64,000 nucleotides of DNA from Macrostomum hystrix. Its lineage: Eukaryota > Animalia > Platyhelminthes. Below the pieces are notes generated by a model that was not told the origin of the DNA, made no database searches, and saw only the letters and a list, made by a program, of their open reading frames with translations. This document shows positions 57,501 through 64,000 of this stretch, in pieces. The DNA lies in the NCBI GenBank assembly GCA_950097015.1, contig CATNEN010000011.1:5580001-5644000 (forward strand). Reading direction: 5' to 3'. The position numbers and the translations under genes were made by a program. The stretch's first letter is position 1. Every line of letters begins with the position of its first letter.

Positions 57501-60500
57501 CCAGGTGCGGCATCGGTTGAGGTCCAACATGATTAGATCTCTCACAAACCGATCCGATCGAGGAGTGCCCGTCTCAGCATCAGTGGACACGGAAATTTCC
57601 CTAGTGCGGCGCTGAGGAACCTGAGGTTGGGCAGCATCCCTGGGCCTGCCAACAACCAAGGCGTCGATGTGTTCTACAGAACGCGATCGAACCAGCTGAG
57701 ATTCAGAGCCACTAAGTGATGGCGGCAGGCGAGCGAGATCACGAGAAGATTGCGACTGCCGCTCGCTGAAGGGCTGACAACTATTAGGAACAGACAAGGA
57801 GACCGGATCGGCCGCCGTAGTCTCATCAGAATCAGCCAGGCTATCCGGAATGGATAAGGCAGGAACCATTCGTGACGGCTCCGAGACCCCGTCAGGCACG
57901 GAAGCGAACGATGTCCGCCTGGTGGTATCGACAGGCAGATTTTGCATAGACTGGGACAACCGCGTCGCATCCTCCCACTGTTCATTCTCATCACGAACGG
58001 CAGGTGAATCTGTTTGGGTAGCAGACTCAACTAAGGGCATCCTAAGTGCAGGAACAAGTAAAGAATATGTTTGAAGACTCGCAACAGACGGAATGTGAAC
58101 CGGGTCGACCGCATTCGCAGCACGGTCCATCACGGCCTCACTCGGGCATTTCACCTCCTTGACGGCTTGGGCCACCTTGCCCAGAGCGTCTAGCTGCTCA
58201 GCCGTCATCGTGTCGCCGGCCTTCTTGCTCTCCAGGGCGCTCAGCACTGCCAGAGCGGAACTAGCGTCTGCTTCACTAATTCCGAGGCTCTCCGGATTCT
58301 CTTCCAGAACCTTCTTCATGGCTTCACTGCTGGCAGCGAGATCTTCGGCCTGCTTTTCACTCAGCTTCTTGTCTTTGCCGTCGCCAGCGAGACAAGACAG
58401 CGCCTTCAGTTTGCTGGCTGCCTGGCCGACCTCTTCCACAGCGGCGTCCTTCTCTGCCTCACTCGGCGACTTGGACGACTCGGCTTCCTTCTTTTTCGTC
58501 TTGTCAGTCTTCTTCTTTTTTTTGGAGAGCTGAGCGAGCGCCAAGCCGAGCTGCTTCTTTTCAGCGTCCGACAGAGCGTCCAACGGCTTGTCCTTGACGC
58601 TGTGTAGCAGCGCTGCAAGCACTGCCTTTTCCTCCTCGCTGAGTCCACTGTCACCAGAAGCGAGCACGTCATCGATCGCATTCACTGCCTCACTGACCGC
58701 ATTTCGCTCGGATTCAGTTAGTTCGGCAGCCCTGCTTCCGCGACGCTTCAGCACGTTCTCAGCCAGCTTTAATGCGTCTCGAGCGTTCTCATCTAGACCG
58801 GCCTTCTCTGCAGCACTCTTCTCTAATGGACCATCCGATGCCTTTTGCAGTGCATCTCTCAGAGCGGCCTGCTCCTCTGGAGTCAGTGCAACAGTCTTGC
58901 CACTCTGCTCGGCGTCCTCCACCTTCTTCATCGCCTGAGCCAATGCACCTGTCTCGTCAGCAGCAGCGTCTAGGGACTTCTGAAGGGCTTTAGCAATGCC
59001 CTTTGCCGTCTCGGCGTCGACCTGTCCGTCCGTCTTCGCCAGATCCGACAGCGCCTCCTTGCTTGCATCAGCCTGCTTCACCTGCTCTAGGCTCTCCTCG
59101 ACGGCCTTGGCTACCTTGCCCAGAGCGTCTAGCTGCTCAGCCGTCATCGTGTCGCCGGCCTTCTTGCTCTCCAGGGCGCTCAGCACTGCCAGAGCGGAAC
59201 TAGCGTCTGCTTCACTAATTCCGAGGCTCTCCGGATTCTCTTCCAGAACCTTCTTCAAGGCTTCACTGCTGGCAGCGAGATCTTCGGCCTGCTTTTCACT
59301 CAGCTTCTTGTCTTTGCCGTCGCCAGCGAGCCAAGACAGCGCCTTCAGTTTGCTGGCTGCCTGGCCGACCTCTTCCACAGCGGCGTCCTTCTCTGCCTCA
59401 CTCGGCGACTTGGACGACTCGGCTTCCTTCTTTTTCGTCTTGACAGTCTTCTTCTTTTTCTTGGAGAGCTGAGCGAGCGCCTTGCCGAGCTGCTTCTTTT
59501 CAGCGTCCGACAGAGCGTCCAACGGCTTGTCCTTGACGCTGTGTAGCAGCGCTGCAAGCACTGCCTTTTCCTCCTCGCTGAGTCCACTGTCACCAGAAGC
59601 GAGCACGTCATCAATCGCATTCACTGCCTCACTGACCGCATTTCGCTCGGATTCAGTTAGTCCGGCAGCCTTGCTTCCGCGACGCTTCAGCACGTTCTCA
59701 GCCAGCTTTAATGCGTCTCGAGCGTTCTCATCTAGACCGGCCTTCTCTGCAGCACTCTTCTCTAATGGACCATCCGATGCCTTTTGCAGTGCATCTCTCA
59801 GAGCGGCCTGCTCCTCTGGAGTCAGTGCAACAGTCTTGCCACTCTGCTCGGCGTCCTCCACCTTCTTCATCGCCTGAGCCAATGCACCTGTCTCGTCAGC
59901 AGCAGCGTCTAGGGACTTCTGAAGGGCTTTAGCAATGCCCTTTGCCGTCTCGGCGTCGACCTGTCCGTCCGTCTTCGCCAGATCCGACAGCGCGTCCTTG
60001 CTTGCATCAGCATGCTTCACCTGCTCTAGGCTCTCCTCGACGGCCTTGGCTACCTTGCCCAGAGCGTCTAGCTGCTCAGCCGTCATCGTGTCGCCGGCCT
60101 TCTTGCTCTCCAGGGCGCTCAGCACTGCCAGAGCGGAACTAGCGTCTGCTTCACTAATTCCGAGGCTCTCCGGATTCTCTTCCAGAACCTTCTTCATGGC
60201 TTCACTGCTGGCAGCGAGATCTTCGGCCTGCTTTTCACTCAGCTTCTTGTCTTTGCCGTCGCCAGCGAGACAAGACAGCGCCTTCAGTTTGCTGGCTGCC
60301 TGGCCGACCTCTTCCACAGCGGCGTCCTTCTCTGCCTCACTCGGCGACTTGGACGACTCGGCTTCCTTCTTTTTCGTCTTGTCAGTCTTCTTCTTTTTCT
60401 TGGAGAGCTGAGCGAGCGCCTTGCCGAGCTGCTTCTTTTCAGCGTCCGACAGAGCGTCCAACGGCTTGTCCTTGACGCTGTGTAGCAGCGCTGCAAGCAC

Positions 60501-63500
60501 TGCCTTTTCCTCCTCGCTGAGTCCACTGTCACCAGAAGCGAGCACGTCATCGATCGCATTCACTGCCTCACTGACCGCATTTCGCTCGGATTCAGTTAGT
60601 TCGGCAGCCCTGCTTCCGCGACGCTTCAGCACGTTCTCAGCCAGCTTTAATGCGTCTCGAGCGTTCTCATCTAGACCGGCCTTCTCTGCAGCACTCTTCT
60701 CTAATGGACCATCCGATGCCTTTTGCAGTGCATCTCTCAGAGCGGCCTGCTCCTCTGGAGTCAGTGCAACAGTCTTGCCACTCTGCTCGGCGTCCTCCAC
60801 CTTCTTCATCGCCTGAGCCAATGCACCTGTCTCGTCAGCAGCAGCGTCTAGGGACTTCTGAAGGGCTTTAGCAATGCCCTTTGCCGTCTCGGCGTCGACC
60901 TGTCCGTCCGTCTTCGCCAGATCCGACAGCGCCTCCTTGCTTGCATCAGCCTGCTTCACCTGCTCTAGGCTGTCCTTGACGGCTTGGGCCACCATGCCCA
61001 GAGCGTCTAGCTGCTCAGCCGTCATCGTGTCGCCGGCCTTCTTGCTCTCCAGGGCGCTCAGCACTGCCAGAGCGGAACTAGCGTCTGCTTCACTAATTCC
61101 GAGGCTCTCCGGATTCTCTTCCAGAACCTTCTTCATGGCTTCACTGCTGGCAGCGAGATCTTCGGCCTGCTTTTCACTCAGCTTCTTGTCTTTGCCGTCG
61201 CCAGCGAGATAAGACAGCGCCTTCAGTTTGCTGGCTGCCTGGCCGACCTCTTCCACAGCGGCGTCCTTCTCTGCCTCACTCGGCGACTTGGACGACTCGG
61301 CTTCCTTCTTTTTCGTCTTGTCAGTCTTCTTCTTTTTCTTGGAGAGCTGAGCGAGCGCCTTGCCGAGCTGCTTCTTTTCAGCGTCCGACAGAGCGTCCAA
61401 CGGCTTGTCCTTGACGCTGTGTAGCAGCGCTGCAAGCACTGCCTTTTCCTCCTCGCTGAGTCCACTGTCACCAGAAGCGAGCACGTCATCGATCGCATTC
61501 ACTGCCTCACTGACCGCATTTCGCTCGGATTCAGTTAGTTCGGCAGCCTTGCTTCCGCGACGCTTCAGCACGTTCTCAGCCAGCTTTAATGCGTCTCGAG
61601 CGTTCTCATCTAGACCGGCCTTCTCTGCAGCACTCTTCTCTAATGGACCATCCGATGCCTTTTGCAGTGCATCTCTCAGAGCGGCCTGCTCCTCTGGAGT
61701 CAGTGCAACAGTCTTGCCACTCTGCTCGGCGTCCTCCACCTTCTTCATGGCCTGAGCCAATGCACCTGTCTCGTCAGCAGCAGCGTCTAGGGACTTCTGA
61801 AGGGCTTTAGCAATGCCCTTTGCCGTCTCGGCGTCGACCTGTCCGTCCGTCTTCGCCAGATCCGACAGCGCCTCCTTGCTTGCATCAGCCTGCTTCACCT
61901 GCTCTAGGCTCTCCTCGACGGCCTTGGCTACCTTGCCCAGAGCGTCTAGCTGCTCAGCCGTCATCGTGTCGCCGGCCTTCTTGCTCTCCAGGGCGCTCAG
62001 CACTGCCAGAGCGGAACTAGCGTCTGCTTCACTAATTCCGAGGCTCTCCGGATTCTCTTCCAGAACCTTCTTCAAGGCTTCACTGCTGGCAGCGAGATCT
62101 TCGGCCTGCTTTTCACTCAGCTTCTTGTCTTTGCCGTCGCCAGCGAGCCAAGACAGCGCCTTCAGTTTGCTGGCTGCCTGGCCGACCTCTTCCACAGCGG
62201 CGTCCTTCTCTGCTTCACTCGGCGACTTGGACGACTCGGCTTCCTTCTTTTTCGTCTTGTCAGTCTTCTTCTTTTTCTTGGAGAGCTGAGCGAGCGCCTT
62301 GCCGAGCTGCTTCTTTTCAGCGTCCGACAGAGCGTCCAACGGCTTGTCCTTGACGCTGTGTAGCAGCGCTGCAAGCACTGCCTTTTCCTCCTCGCTGAGT
62401 CCACTGTCACCAGAAGCGAGCACGTCATCAATCGCATTCACTGCCTCACTGACCGCATTTCGCTCGGATTCAGTTAGTCCGGCAGCCTTGCTTCCGCGAC
62501 GCTTCAGCACGTTCTCAGCCAGCTTTAATGCGTCTCGAGCGTTCTCATCTAGACCGGCCTTCTCTGCAGCACTCTTCTCTAATGGACCATCCGATGCCTT
62601 TTGCAGTGCATCTCTCAGAGCGGCCTGCTCCACTGGAGTCAGTGCAACAGTCTTGCCACTCTGCTCGGCGTCCTCCACCTTCTTCATCGCCTGAGCCAAT
62701 GCACCTGTCTCGTCAGCAGCAGCGTCTAGGGACTTCTGAAGGGCTTTAGCAATGCCCTTTGCCGTCTCGGCGTCGACCTGTCCGTCCGTCTTCGCCAGAT
62801 CCGACAGCGCCTTCTTGCTTGCATCAGCCTGCTTCACCTGCTCTAGGCTCTCCTCGACGGCCTTGGCTACCTTGCCCAGAGCGTCTAGCTGCTCAGCCGT
62901 CATCGTGTCGCCGGCCTTCTTGCTCTCCAGGGCGCTCAGCACTGCCAGAGCGGAACTAGCGTCTGCTTCACTAATTCCGAGGCTCTCCGGATTCTCTTCC
63001 AGAACCTTCTTCAAGGCTTCACTGCTGGCAGCGAGATCTTCGGCCTGCTTTTCACTCAGCTTCTTGTCTTTGCCGTCGCCAGCGAGCCAAGACAGCGCCT
63101 TCAGTTTGCTGGCTGCCTGGCCGACCTCTTCCACAGCGGCGTCCTTCTCTGCCTCACTCGGCGACTTGGACGACTCGGCTTCCTTCTTTTTCGTCTTGTC
63201 AGTCTTCTTCTTTTTCTTGGAGAGCTGAGCGAGCGCCTTGCCGAGCTGCTTCTTTTCAGCGTCCGACAGAGCGTCCAACGGCTTGTCCTTGACGCTGTGT
63301 AGCAGCGCTGCAAGCACTGCCTTTTCCTCCTCGCTGAGTCCACTGTCACCAGAAGCGAGCACGTCATCGATCGCATTCACTGCCTCACTGACCGCATTTC
63401 GCTCGGATTCAGTTAGTTCGGCAGCCTTGCTTCCGCGACGCTTCAGCACGTTCTCAGCCAGCTTTAATGCGTCTCGAGCGTTCTCATCTAGACCGGCCTT

Positions 63501-64000
63501 CTCTGCAGCACTCTTCTCTAATGGACCATCCGATGCCTTTTGCAGTGCATCTCTCAGAGCGGCCTGCTCCTCTGGAGTCAGTGCAACAGTCTTGCCACTC
63601 TGCTCGGCGTCCTCCACCTTCTTCATCGCCTGAGCCAATGCACCTGTCTCGTCAGCAGCAGCGTCTAGGGACTTCTGAAGGGCTTTAGCAATGCCCTTTG
63701 CCGTCTCGGCGTCGACCTGTCCGTCCGTCTTCGCCAGATCCGACAGCGCCTCCTTGCTTGCATCAGCCTGCTTCACCTGCTCTAGGCTCTCCTCGACGGC
63801 CTTGGCTACCTTGCCCAGAGCGTCTAGCTGCTCAGCCGTCATCGTGTCGCCGGCCTTCTTGCTCTCCAGGGCGCTCAGCACTGCCAGAGCGGAACTAGCG
63901 TCTGCTTCACTAATTCCGAGGCTCTCCGGATTCTCTTCCAGAACCTTCTTCAAGGCTTCACTGCTGGCAGCGAGATCTTCGGCCTGCTTTTCACTCAGCT
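54566..64000 (-). CDS. Giant tandem-repeat protein (5'-incomplete): exon of at least 7.27 kb (64000-56730) with more than 6 x 313-aa repeats, then exons 55251-55160 and 54668-54566
   Basis: Stop-free ORF of more than 2400 codons, including about 475 non-repetitive codons; donor CAG|GTGAGT at 56730; downstream exons SVDEDLRQLRQSY.. and ASAEMLHQARINLEE..* join in phase (0, 2). Confidence 0.85.
54820..55150. repeat. Degenerate ~23-bp repeat (GTGTCTAACAGGTAA) in the last intron of the giant gene
   Basis: Recurring tctaacaggta. Confidence 0.8.
55585..55672 (+). mobile_element. Degenerate SINE family A fragment
   Basis: GAGTTCGAATCC B-box plus GATGAGAAATTCAGGGCAGATGTACACACCTGTG. Confidence 0.5.
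58159..64000 (-). repeat. 939-bp coding tandem repeat, about 6.2 copies in the window, continuing beyond it
   Basis: Homologous positions recur every 939 bp (58996, 59935, 60874, 61813, 62752) with only a few substitutions. Confidence 0.98.

Noticed and set aside
58159-63898. Recurring plus-strand and alternate-frame ORFs in the 939-bp repeat
   Set aside because: Antisense shadows of the long minus-strand ORF

Overview
Intron-rich metazoan genomic DNA (standard code, GT-AG introns), most reminiscent of a flatworm such as Macrostomum (inference from style only, not verifiable here). I reconstructed five spliced protein-coding genes with phase-consistent splice junctions. (1) A 548-aa secreted CAP/SCP-EGF-EGF protein with a furin site, a natural (GGGGS)6 linker and a C-terminal anchor; minus strand, 2892-8803; its start codon is split AT|G by an intron. 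(2) A divergent scratch-like C2H2 factor with a large polyQ/H exon (plus, 23049-25323). (3) Nova/pasilla (minus, 34706-39865). (4) An 800-aa ankyrin-repeat protein ending in a polybasic CaaX motif (plus, 41880-51453). (5) The 3' part of a giant protein built from near-identical 313-aa helical repeats (minus, 54566 to beyond 64000). There is also a probable membrane-anchor plus mucin-repeat exon at 22.2-22.7 kb. Non-coding DNA holds about 28 different minisatellite arrays, most filling an intron with their own private unit, and two tRNA-derived SINE families. The most notable oddities are an intron that is almost exactly one SINE with a target-site duplication, inverted SINE pairs, arrays of splice-site decoys or anti-donor sequences, YCAY arrays in and beside Nova, and a FOX-site satellite near an RFX X-box promoter. 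No rRNA, bona fide tRNA or CRISPR array was found. Most long ORFs in the six-frame track are satellite artefacts.
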